Assembly: GCA_029974275.1 (NCBI GenBank)
Contig: JARKSN010000284.1
Location: 1-28,399, forward strand
Length of the DNA stretch: 28,399 bases
From: Candidatus Hydrogenedentota bacterium
GTDB lineage: Bacteria > Hydrogenedentota > Hydrogenedentia > Hydrogenedentales > SLHB01
Direction of reading: 5' to 3'
The translations under genes and the position numbers were made by a program. Positions 1-8,028 of the stretch are shown here, in pieces. The notes beneath the pieces are model-generated. The model had not been told where the DNA came from. It worked only from the letters and a program-made list of their open reading frames with translations, and made no database searches. The stretch's first letter is position 1. The number at the start of each line of letters is the position of its first letter.

Positions 1-138
1 AAAAATCGCCCTGAACGCGCTCAAAGCCAACACCACCAAGAAAGCCAGCATCAAAGGAAAACGAAAAATCGCCGGATGGGACAACGACTACCTCAAGGAA
101 ATCCTCCTGGCTATGTGACTTTTAATGCGATAGCCCTG
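1..138 (+). mobile_element. Right end of an ISAs1-family insertion sequence; right inverted repeat TTTTAATGCGATAGCCCTG at 120-138
   Basis: The IR ends in ...GCCCTG (CAGGG terminus typical of ISAs1). It is the exact 19/19 reverse complement of 28260-28278 and lies just after the transposase stop. Confidence 0.88.
2..118 (+). CDS. ISAs1-family (H-repeat) transposase, C-terminal fragment (5'-truncated by window edge)
   Basis: Frame 2 reads KIALNALKANTTKKASIKGKRKIAGWDNDYLKEILLAM*. This matches the characteristic ISAs1 transposase C-terminus (R/K-x-ALN-x-L...S-I-K-x-KRK-x-AGWDNDYL), and a terminal IR follows immediately. Confidence 0.88.
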   Translation, partial: KIALNALKANTTKKASIKGKRKIAGWDNDYLKEILLAM

Positions 139-417
139 CGACAGATGGAGTGCGCTCGGATCGGCGTTTGCGTTACCCTATAGAGGGAGTGGCTGGGCTG
201 TGGTTTTGTGCGCCCAAAACGCTTGGCGCGCAGGAGTATTGCCGCCCTTCCGCGCAACTGCCTGTAAATAAAGGCGTAGCGGGGGGCATGGCCGCGACGC
301 GCGCGGGCGTCGACAGGCCCTTTTCTAGGCGCGAGCGTGAAACGGGCTGCGTTGTTGGATGCGCGCGGGATGGTGCGGGAGATGGAAGACGCCCGGCATA
401 GGCCGGGGAGGTGACGG

Positions 418-1848
418 GTGAGGCAAGTGCGCTTGTTTTTGGCCAGCGTGGGACGACGTCCGGCGTTATATTCGCTGGTGACGCCGCCCATGGGGCTGTT
501 GTATCTTGCCGCATACCTGCGCGCCAAGTTCCATGTCGCCATCCGCATCGAGGACCAGCGCCTGTCCAATTGCACCGACGACGAGCTTGTCCAAGCGGCC
601 GTGGATTTTCGCGCCGACGTCGTCGGCCTGAGCGCCTTCACTTCCGGAGCCCATGCCTTGTCGCGCATTACCGCCAACATGCGCCGGGCGCTGCCCCAGG
701 TGCATATCGCGCTGGGCGGTCCCCATGCCAGTGCGTCCCGAGCGGACGCATTGCTCGGGAACGCCGCCGACATCGCCGTTGAAGGCGAAGGTGAATGGAC
801 GTTCGAGCGGGCCATTCGCGCCGATTTCGATCCGGAAGGATTGGCCGCCATCCCGGGACTGCATTGGCGGAATGCCGAGGGGCGCATCGTCACGAATCCC
901 GGATTGATGCCGTTGATCCCCGATCTGGATACGCTTCCTTTTCCGGCGTACGACCTGATCGATATCCGGCAGTACTGGAAGCAGCAATCGATGCCCCCTA
1001 TCCCGCGCCGCACCTATATTTCCCTGACCAGCAGCCGCGGCTGTCCCTACCAATGCATTTGGTGCCACAAAATATTCGGGAAGCGGCACCGGGCCCACTC
1101 CGCCGAGCGAATTGTCGACGAAATCGTCCATTTCGCGCGCAGCTACGGAGTCGATGAGGTCGAATTTCTCGATGATACGTTCACGCAGGACCCCGATCGG
1201 GTCATGGCCTTCAGCGAGTTGCTGTTGCGCAAGCACGGAAAAATCAAAATCGCATTTCCCAACGCCATTCGCGGCGACACCGTGACGCCGGAGATGCTCC
1301 GCGCTTTGCGAGACGCCGGAGTCTACTTCTCGTCGTTCGCGCTGGAGACGGGATCGCCGCGTTTGCAGCAGTACACCTGTAAATTCCTCAACATTCCGCG
1401 GTTCCTGGAGAACGTCGAGACGGCGGTGAAACTCGGCATCTTTGCCAACGGCTTCGCCATGCTGGGGTTTCCCACGGAAACGGAAGCCGAACTGCAGCAG
1501 ACGATAGACGTGGCCGCCCACTCCCAGTTGCACACCTGCTCCTTTTTCACGGTGACGCCGTATCCCAATACGGAACTCTACGCCATCGTCGAGCGCGAAC
1601 GCCCCGAGAAACTGGCGAAAATCAGCTACAACGACCTTACCTTCCCCAGCATTCGGGTCAATCTCACCGATTTGCCGGACGAGACGTTGTTCGCCTATCA
1701 GCGCAAGGCCAACTGGCAGTTCTTCCTGAAACCCGGCCGCGCGTTCCGCATCCTGCGCGATTATCCCAAGCCTCACCTGCTGCCCGCTTACTTGCCGGTG
1801 TTTTTTAGCAGGGCCACCAAAGGCCTGTTCCACAAACCGACCGGCTGA
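418..1848 (+). CDS. Cobalamin (B12)-binding domain radical SAM protein (class B methylase/BchE-like family)
   Basis: N-terminal PPMGLLYLAAYL, DVVGLSA and LGGPHAS...VEGEGE form the B12-binding domain. SRGCPYQCIWC is the CxxxCxxC cluster motif, followed by FLDDTF, ETGS and MLGFPTET. GTG start preceded by GGAGG. Confidence 0.92.
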   Translation: MRQVRLFLASVGRRPALYSLVTPPMGLLYLAAYLRAKFHVAIRIEDQRLSNCTDDELVQAAVDFRADVVGLSAFTSGAHALSRITANMRRALPQVHIALGGPHASASRADALLGNAADIAVEGEGEWTFERAIRADFDPEGLAAIPGLHWRNAEGRIVTNPGLMPLIPDLDTLPFPAYDLIDIRQYWKQQSMPPIPRRTYISLTSSRGCPYQCIWCHKIFGKRHRAHSAERIVDEIVHFARSYGVDEVEFLDDTFTQDPDRVMAFSELLLRKHGKIKIAFPNAIRGDTVTPEMLRALRDAGVYFSSFALETGSPRLQQYTCKFLNIPRFLENVETAVKLGIFANGFAMLGFPTETEAELQQTIDVAAHSQLHTCSFFTVTPYPNTELYAIVERERPEKLAKISYNDLTFPSIRVNLTDLPDETLFAYQRKANWQFFLKPGRAFRILRDYPKPHLLPAYLPVFFSRATKGLFHKPTG

Positions 1849-1858
1849 TCGCCTGCGG

Positions 1859-1892
1859 CGCCGTATGAAAACGAGACCGTTTTTTCGCGGCG
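1859..1892. terminator. Possible bidirectional hairpin between convergent genes
   Basis: Imperfect inverted repeat CGCCG..AAAACG-agac-CGTTTT..CGGCG in the 44-bp gap between the convergent stops at 1848 and 1893. Confidence 0.3.
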
Positions 1893-4142
1893 TTATTGCA
1901 TGAGGCAATCGTGGACGGCTTGGATGAATTTCGACGCGTATTCGTCGTAGTTCGCGCCGCGTTCGTCGCGCACCTGCGCGACAATAAGATCATGATCCAG
2001 ATCGACGAGGAAGATGGCGCCGGACGCCGCCCCGTGGCCCATGACGTTCTTGCCTAAGAGGGTTGCGTCTGGGGGCGTCCCGTCTTTTCCGGCGCGCGGG
2101 TCGGGATAGCGCAGGCGGACAAGCCCGAATCCCCATTCGTCGTGAATGGAGGGATAGAACTGCTCCAATGGCTTCGGTTGAATCGCTTCGAACGCCTCCG
2201 GCGAGAAGAATTCGAGCCCGCCGTACGCGCCGCGATTTGCGAGCAACTGGGCGATACGCGCCAAGTCGAAGGCCGTGGCGTAGCAGTTATGGCCCATGTG
2301 GCTGATGCTCGTGTTCGTGATGCCCAGCGGCCCGAAATAGTTTTCGTGGAAAAGGCGGAATATCGGTTTGCGCGCGGCGGCCTGCATGACAACGCCGGCG
2401 AGGTCGTACCCCATGCCGTTGTATTCACGAATCAAACCGGGCCGCAGATACGGCAACCCGTTCGCGACGATATTGTCAAGCGATGGATTCTGGATGCCGC
2501 CCCACTCGCCGTGGCCTGAAAGGCCCGTCGTGTGGGTGAACAAGTTGCGCATCGTGATGGCTTTGTCGCCGGTTTTCGGGAAGTCGGGCAAAAAATCGCC
2601 GATCGGCTCGTCCACTCCGATGAGGCCTTGATCGACAAATTGAGCGAAGAGAATGCCCGAGACGGCCTTTGTGATCGATGCCAGCCACATCGGCTCATGG
2701 ATGTCCGCGCCGACGCCTTCGTGGTAGACAATCACGCCGTGGCGCGCCACCAACGTGACCATCGGCTGCTTCCCGGCCGCATGCCAATCCTGGCATACGG
2801 TGCGCAGTCTTTCTGCCGTGTCCGGGGCCATCCCGGCTTCCACGGATGTTCCCTCGCGCAACACGGGAGCCGGAGCGCCGGGCTTCTTGCGCGGCGGATC
2901 GAGCTTTGGCGACAGCCGCGCGCCGGTGCGTTTGGCGCGCACGGCGAAATGAAAGTCTTGGTTGATGATCTCGGGCGTGTCCGTGAATCCCAAGGTTTTT
3001 GCGTCGCGCATCTTGTCGAACGCAGCGAGCAGGAGCGCTTCCGATTCTCCGGCGACGCTTTGACCGGGCGCCGTTTTCCGCGCGGCCAATGCATCCGCCA
3101 CCTTGAGCCAGGGAGCCTTGAACTCCTGGGCTACCGGTAGATCGCCGATATACGCGCGCAACGCATCCACGGGCGGCGTCCAGCCTTGTGGGGCGCAGTA
3201 GAAGGTCAACTCGCGGCGAATATGCACGCCGTGGGGGGCCGTTCCTTCCAGGACAACGGCATACCGCCCCGGTTTGGCGACGCTTCCCGCCTTCGCAACG
3301 CGCACGCGTTTTCCCTTGCCCGTGTCGCGGATCCACGTCGCTTGCAATGTAAATGAGCCCATCACCCGTTGCACCCGATCGGGGTCTTCCCAGCCAATCT
3401 GGGGGAACGGCCCTGGGGCAAACACAAAAGCGCCTTGTTGCGGGACCAGTTTGGATCTCTGAAACTGGCGCAGGTCATGCACTCCGCTCTCCGCGGCTAT
3501 CTTCTTGGCGCGTCCGGCCTCGTCGAGGATTGTGAACGTGAACTCCCAGTAACGGCCGCCGGCGTCTTCGACCTTCACGAGTATGGCGTTATGTCCGGCG
3601 CGCAGGTTGACGGGGATTAGTTCCTGCCCATCGGCGAGGGCGCGGCCCTTCGAATGGTAGAAAGCGAACACCTGTTCTCCGTTCACAAAGAGCTTGGCGC
3701 CGTCGTTGAACGCGAAGTAGCAGTAGGCCGGTTGGTCCTTTTCCGAATGCACCTGCGCAAACGCGTACGCCACTCCCTTGCCTTGCGGATAATACGCCTT
3801 GAAGTCGATCTTGTGCGCGGCGTCGATGTGCGCTTTGCATGCGGAGACGGACTGCGTGGCGCCGTTTGCGTCCTGGTAGGTCGCCACGGAGTCCGGCGCG
3901 ATGGCGGACGCGGACTCGCCCCCGAGCGCGCTTAGATAATCGGCGTGGTGCCCCGCGCGATAGTCCGCGCCGGGCTGGGGGTTGACGGGATCGGGGTTCG
4001 GGAACGGCCCCAACAGAAGCCACTCCTGCACCGGGGCGGCGGCGCTCAACGGATGCACGGGCGCGTTTGACGCGAGTTCGTCCGCGACGGCCGGCGCCGC
4101 GAAGCAAATTGCGAGAGCGATGTGGCAAGCGAATCGTTTCAC
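1893..4142 (-). CDS. Secreted multidomain serine hydrolase (beta-lactamase/class C-like family) with N-terminal beta-sandwich (PA14/galactose-binding-like) domain
   Basis: Start moved to GTG at 4142 (GAGGAG RBS), giving the signal peptide KRFACHIALAICFAAPAVA. The C-terminal domain has SxxK (ASITK), ITMRNLFTHTTGL, YNGMGY and GHGA. The N-terminal domain has WLLLGPF...VAYAF...NDGAKLFVNG...LRAGHNAILVKV. Confidence 0.85.
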   Translation of the reverse strand: MKRFACHIALAICFAAPAVADELASNAPVHPLSAAAPVQEWLLLGPFPNPDPVNPQPGADYRAGHHADYLSALGGESASAIAPDSVATYQDANGATQSVSACKAHIDAAHKIDFKAYYPQGKGVAYAFAQVHSEKDQPAYCYFAFNDGAKLFVNGEQVFAFYHSKGRALADGQELIPVNLRAGHNAILVKVEDAGGRYWEFTFTILDEAGRAKKIAAESGVHDLRQFQRSKLVPQQGAFVFAPGPFPQIGWEDPDRVQRVMGSFTLQATWIRDTGKGKRVRVAKAGSVAKPGRYAVVLEGTAPHGVHIRRELTFYCAPQGWTPPVDALRAYIGDLPVAQEFKAPWLKVADALAARKTAPGQSVAGESEALLLAAFDKMRDAKTLGFTDTPEIINQDFHFAVRAKRTGARLSPKLDPPRKKPGAPAPVLREGTSVEAGMAPDTAERLRTVCQDWHAAGKQPMVTLVARHGVIVYHEGVGADIHEPMWLASITKAVSGILFAQFVDQGLIGVDEPIGDFLPDFPKTGDKAITMRNLFTHTTGLSGHGEWGGIQNPSLDNIVANGLPYLRPGLIREYNGMGYDLAGVVMQAAARKPIFRLFHENYFGPLGITNTSISHMGHNCYATAFDLARIAQLLANRGAYGGLEFFSPEAFEAIQPKPLEQFYPSIHDEWGFGLVRLRYPDPRAGKDGTPPDATLLGKNVMGHGAASGAIFLVDLDHDLIVAQVRDERGANYDEYASKFIQAVHDCLMQ

Positions 4143-4189
4143 GAAAGACACTCCTCTTGCGCGCGGTCTGCGCGGTGGATCGTAGCGGC

Positions 4190-4681
4190 TCAGGAACTCC
4201 GCCACGCGGGGTAGACCCGGACATAATACACGCCCGCCGCCAACGCCGCCAACAACGCGAGCGATGCGTAGATCGCGGGGGTTCCCGTATCCGCATAATC
4301 CAGACGGCTCTGGGAGGGATTTACGGGATTGTACAACACGACAAGCGGGAATCCGGGGTCTTGGAGACGATCGAGCGAGTCTTTGGGGAGGGCGTTGGGG
4401 CTGCCCGTCTGCGGCCACGTTCCCATCCAAGAACCAACGCGAGAAACGCCCGCCACGGCATACTCATATTGGATGAGAACCTTCGTGATATCCTGCGTCG
4501 CGCTGAAACGGGTGTCTTTGAACTCGCAACGAAGGATGCGGCCCGGCGCGCGCTGCCAGGGAACGGCGAAATAAGACCCCCACCATTTCATCAACGGAAA
4601 CGCGACAAGCAACGCCATCAGCAATGCCACCGCTTCAGGCAAGCCCGGCTTTTTGAAGTGTTTCCGTTTTGGCAGAGGCAT
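4190..4681 (-). CDS. DUF3592-like membrane protein (two TM helices flanking a small beta domain)
   Basis: ATG at 4681. N-terminal TM, then W..A.GRI, I.YEYAVAG and V.YNP.NPSQS.L, then a C-terminal TM. This is the DUF3592 pattern. Confidence 0.7.
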   Translation of the reverse strand: MPLPKRKHFKKPGLPEAVALLMALLVAFPLMKWWGSYFAVPWQRAPGRILRCEFKDTRFSATQDITKVLIQYEYAVAGVSRVGSWMGTWPQTGSPNALPKDSLDRLQDPGFPLVVLYNPVNPSQSRLDYADTGTPAIYASLALLAALAAGVYYVRVYPAWRSS

Positions 4682-4717
4682 CTTGTCCCTCGCGCGTCGC
4701 CCCAGCTTGTGTAGGGC

Positions 4718-4747
4718 ACTATACAGGCAATCCAGGCGGCGTGGCAA
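4718..4747 (-). promoter_or_regulatory. Putative sigma70 promoter for the DUF3592 / serine hydrolase unit
   Basis: Minus strand TTGCCA-N18-TATAGT, about 37 bp upstream of the ATG at 4681. Confidence 0.5.
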
Positions 4748-4898
4748 GTGAATTTCCAGGGCGATGCAGCAAAAACCGCGGGGCCGACTGGTCCTTTCCT
4801 CGGGCGGCGCGGCCATGCGTCTTGTCGTGGGGCGCAGCGTTTTTTCTTGGCGGGAGGCGCAGGCCGTTTCCGGGTCTCTTGCGGCGCGAGCCGTCAAA

Positions 4899-4927
4899 TG
4901 GCGCCGCTTCCTCAAAATATGTATACT
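4899..4927 (+). promoter_or_regulatory. Possible sigma70 promoter for the Hsp70-family gene
   Basis: TATACT -10 (4922-4927) in an AT-rich patch. The -35 (TGGCGC at 17 bp) is poor. Confidence 0.3.
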
Positions 4928-5068
4928 CCGCGGTTTAGCCAACGTCCTGCGCATGGTGCGGGGCGTTTCCCTGTTTTTTCAGACGCGGGCTTTCGCCGTC
5001 GTTCGGCGGAAGCCTTCGCGCGCGGCCGTGGCGGTCTTGCGAACAAGCCGGACGGAGCGAGGACATAC

Positions 5069-6478
5069 GTGCGGTACTGCGGCATAGATTTCGGGACGAG
5101 CAACTCGAGCGCGGCGTTGGTCGAGAACGATTCCGCGAGGGTGCTCGATCTCGATCCCCGCAACGACGCCCCCACGTCGTTGCCCTCGCTGCTGTATATC
5201 ACGAAAGAGCGCAAATACATCGTGGGGCGCGCCGCGGCGAATGCATTCATCGAGCGCAACGTGGACCGCGAGGTGCTGCTCAAGCGCATCGATCTCGAGA
5301 CGGCCATCGAGGCGTACGTCGCTTCCGAGCCGGACAAGAGCGACGCGTACCGCCCGCGCGAAGATATGGGCGAAGTGCGCGACGCCGTCCGGGCAAGCGC
5401 CGTGGTCGAGGTGAATTCTCCGGGCCGGTTGTTTCAGTCGCTCAAAAGCTCGCTCCGGTTCGCCAATTTCCGCGGCACGGAGGTGTTCGGGCGGCGCTAT
5501 CAGATCACGGAGCTTATCTCGCTCGTGCTGCGCCGCATCAAACGATCGGTCGACGAAGCCGCCGGCGAGTCCGTCGAGGGAGCCGTGATGGGCCGCCCCG
5601 TGCGCTTTTCCTCCAGCGACGAGGAAAACGCCTTGGCCGAGAAACGCCTGCGCGCCGCCGCTGAAATGGCGGGATTCAAGGACGTCGCGTTTTTTTATGA
5701 GCCCGTGGCCGCATGCATCGAATACGCGGCGGGCACGGTGCGGCGGCAACGTTTGATGGTTGTGGACATTGGCGGCGGCACGTGCGACGTGTGCGTGATG
5801 GAGTTTGGCGGTTCCCAGGGCGTCCGGGCGCGCTTGGCGGAAAGCGTGATACTTTCCGTGGCGGGCGTTCCCGTGGCGGGCGACGCGATCGACCGAGAAA
5901 TCATCCGCGCCCGCATTTTTCCGCGTCTGGGCAGCCGCTCGCGCTACGGCCCGTCCAACCTCCCCATGCCGCAGTACGTCTACAACGCGATTGCGGACTG
6001 GCAAAACCTCTACCGCATGAACACGGAAGAAGTGATCCATTGGCTCATCGCGACCGAAGCGAGCTCCACGGACCCGGCGGGCATCCGCGCGTTGCGCACG
6101 CTCATCCAGCGCAACTACGGGTACCCCGTCGCCCGCGAAGTCGAGGCGGCAAAGAAACGGCTGTCGTCCGTCGAAACGACGAACATCGAAATCCGCAACG
6201 CTTTCCTTGAAATCGAGGACCGCCTCGAACGCACGGAATTTGCGCACATCATCGAGGGGGAACTCGCGAAAATGCAGGAGAGCATCCTGGAAGCGGAAAA
6301 ACTGGCGGGCGTAAGACCCGACCAGATCGACTGTGTGCTGACGACCGGCGGGACAAGCCTCATTCCCGCCGTGCGTCAAATGCTCGAAGACCGCTATGGC
6401 CGCGATCGCCTGCTCCAACGCGACACCTTCACCAGCGTCGCGACGGGCCTCGCCATCGTCGCGCAGTATGCGGACTGA
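5069..6478 (+). CDS. Hsp70-family protein, YegD-like (nucleotide-binding domain only)
   Basis: GTG at 5069 after GAGGA. Actin/Hsp70 ATPase motifs: GIDFGTSNS, GRPVRF, YEPVAA, VVDIGGGTCD and TGGTSLIP. About 469 aa with no DnaK substrate-binding domain. Confidence 0.88.
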   Translation: MRYCGIDFGTSNSSAALVENDSARVLDLDPRNDAPTSLPSLLYITKERKYIVGRAAANAFIERNVDREVLLKRIDLETAIEAYVASEPDKSDAYRPREDMGEVRDAVRASAVVEVNSPGRLFQSLKSSLRFANFRGTEVFGRRYQITELISLVLRRIKRSVDEAAGESVEGAVMGRPVRFSSSDEENALAEKRLRAAAEMAGFKDVAFFYEPVAACIEYAAGTVRRQRLMVVDIGGGTCDVCVMEFGGSQGVRARLAESVILSVAGVPVAGDAIDREIIRARIFPRLGSRSRYGPSNLPMPQYVYNAIADWQNLYRMNTEEVIHWLIATEASSTDPAGIRALRTLIQRNYGYPVAREVEAAKKRLSSVETTNIEIRNAFLEIEDRLERTEFAHIIEGELAKMQESILEAEKLAGVRPDQIDCVLTTGGTSLIPAVRQMLEDRYGRDRLLQRDTFTSVATGLAIVAQYAD

Positions 6479-6620
6479 ACCGCCTCGCGGTCCCGGAGCA
6501 ATGGAAACAGAGCGATAGCCGTGTTTTTTTGTAGCGTTTTGGAATGGGCGATTTGCGGACGGAATGCGACGCCGCCATGTTCGAAAACGCAATGCAACTC
6601 CGGTTGCGACGGAACGTCGT

Positions 6621-6650
6621 TTGCCCATGCGCGCATGGCTATGGTACCCT
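6621..6650 (+). promoter_or_regulatory. Possible promoter for the GT9 gene with a 14-bp palindrome in the spacer
   Basis: TTGCCC-N18-TACCCT with an extended -10 TGG. The perfect palindrome CCATGCGCGCATGG lies at 6625-6638. Confidence 0.3.
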
Positions 6651-6671
6651 GCGGCGCCGGGGGAGGGGTCT

Positions 6672-7703
6672 GTGATCGACGGAAAACCGCGCATTCTAAT
6701 CGTCCGCCTGAGCGCCATCGGAGACGTTGTCCGGGTGCTGCCGGCGTTGCATGTCTTGCGGGAGGCGCATCCGGATGCGCGGATCGACTGGGCGGTCGAG
6801 CGCAAGTCCGCCGATATCGTTTTGGGTCATCCCGCCCTCGATGAAACCCTGATTTTTGACCGGCCCAGAGGGCTTGCCCAATCTTTCCGTTCCTTTGCGG
6901 CGTTCTGCCGGACCGTGCGCAAGAACCGCTACGATGTCGTGATCGATTTTCACGGCCTTTTCAAAACGGGGCTGATCGCGGCGAGTTCAGGGGCTTCGCA
7001 GCGCTATGGATTCGCGCGGCCGCGCGCGCAAGAGGGCAGCTTTCTGTTCACGAACCGCAAGGTCCGGCTGGTCAACCCGCGCATGAACCGCGTCGAGGAA
7101 AACCTCGCCCTCATCGAAGGACGCGCCCCCAATTACCGCTGGCCGAACATCACGTTGTACGTGCCGTCGTCCGTCCAGGAGGAAGTGGACGCGTTTTTCG
7201 ACAGCACCTTCGAGAGCGGAAAGCTGGTCGTGGCCATGCACGTTCCCGTCGACCGCGCCGAAAAACGCTGGCCTGACGCTCATTTCGCGGCGTTGGCGGA
7301 CATGCTCCTGGCCGATGGGCGTTTCGAGGTCATGCTGACCTGGGGGCCGGGCCAGTTCGAAGCGCTGGAAAGCGTGCTTCGGCATGCGCATCGTCATCCT
7401 GTCATCGCCCCTGAAACCCCCACCCTGAAACACTATGCCTGGCTGGCGCACCGGTCCGCGGCGTATGTCGGCGGCGACACGGGCCCCATGCACATCGCCG
7501 CGGCGATGGGAACGCCCGTCGTCGCGATTTTCGGCGACACCGACCCGGCCAAACACGCGCCTTGCCGCCTGCCGCATATCGTCCTGCACAACGACGCGCC
7601 CGGCATCGGCGCCGCGGAACGTCTCGCCAGCATCACCCCGGAAATGGCCTACGACGCCTGCCTCGATCTGCTGTTCGGCGTCAAGCCCGACGGCCCTCGG
7701 TGA
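6672..7703 (+). CDS. Glycosyltransferase family 9 (LPS heptosyltransferase WaaC/WaaF-like)
   Basis: GTG at 6672 after GGAGG. Motifs RILIVRLSAIGDVV, YDVVIDFHGLFKT, KRWP and GGDTGPMHIAAAMGTPVVAIFG. Confidence 0.92.
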   Translation: MIDGKPRILIVRLSAIGDVVRVLPALHVLREAHPDARIDWAVERKSADIVLGHPALDETLIFDRPRGLAQSFRSFAAFCRTVRKNRYDVVIDFHGLFKTGLIAASSGASQRYGFARPRAQEGSFLFTNRKVRLVNPRMNRVEENLALIEGRAPNYRWPNITLYVPSSVQEEVDAFFDSTFESGKLVVAMHVPVDRAEKRWPDAHFAALADMLLADGRFEVMLTWGPGQFEALESVLRHAHRHPVIAPETPTLKHYAWLAHRSAAYVGGDTGPMHIAAAMGTPVVAIFGDTDPAKHAPCRLPHIVLHNDAPGIGAAERLASITPEMAYDACLDLLFGVKPDGPR

Positions 7704-7733
7704 TGGGCGCTTGCGGCTCCTTCCCGCAGCGCG

Positions 7734-7970
7734 TTACAACGTCTTGTGCGAGCCGTCGCAGCAAGGAGCCTTGGCGGTGCGTTTGCATTGACACAGAGCC
7801 ACGGTGCGTTTTTCGGAAATTGTCAGTTCCGTGGGGCTGAACGCGCCCCCCTTGTGACTGCCATCGCACCAAGGCTGATTGCCGGACCTGCCGCATTGGC
7901 ACCACCAATACGTTCCGGGCTCGAGTTCCAGCACGGCGGGGACTTTCGCGGCGATTTCAGGTTCAGACAT
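7734..7970 (-). CDS. CDGSH iron-sulfur domain protein with two CDGSH motifs (CISD3/MiNT-like)
   Basis: ATG at 7970 after GGAGG. Motifs WCQCGRSGNQPWCDGSH and LCQCKRTAKAPCCDGSH. Confidence 0.93.
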   Translation of the reverse strand: MSEPEIAAKVPAVLELEPGTYWWCQCGRSGNQPWCDGSHKGGAFSPTELTISEKRTVALCQCKRTAKAPCCDGSHKTL

Positions 7971-8028
7971 GACGCCCTCCTGCGATTTCATGGTTGAGGC
8001 GCTTTCCTGCGTCAACCTCCACACTGTT

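Noticed and set aside
111..1908. Long antisense ORFs (111-1013 and 466-1908 on -) opposite the radical SAM gene
   Set aside because: Shadow frames typical of high-GC codon bias. They have no motifs, and the + strand gene has clear family signatures.
1893..4142. Antibiotic-resistance beta-lactamase call
   Set aside because: It lacks the YxN and KTG motifs of true class C enzymes and carries extra domains. It is a generic serine hydrolase.
6512..6523. GCGATAGCCGTG, an 11/12 match to the IS terminal repeat
   Set aside because: The remaining IR bases do not match and there is no partner end. A match of this length can occur by chance in 28 kb.
4979..6805. 608-aa minus-strand ORF opposite the Hsp70 gene, and similar + strand shadows at 9500-10561, 14239-15414 and 22958-24043
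   Set aside because: Antisense mirrors of well-supported genes, with no recognisable domains or RBS.
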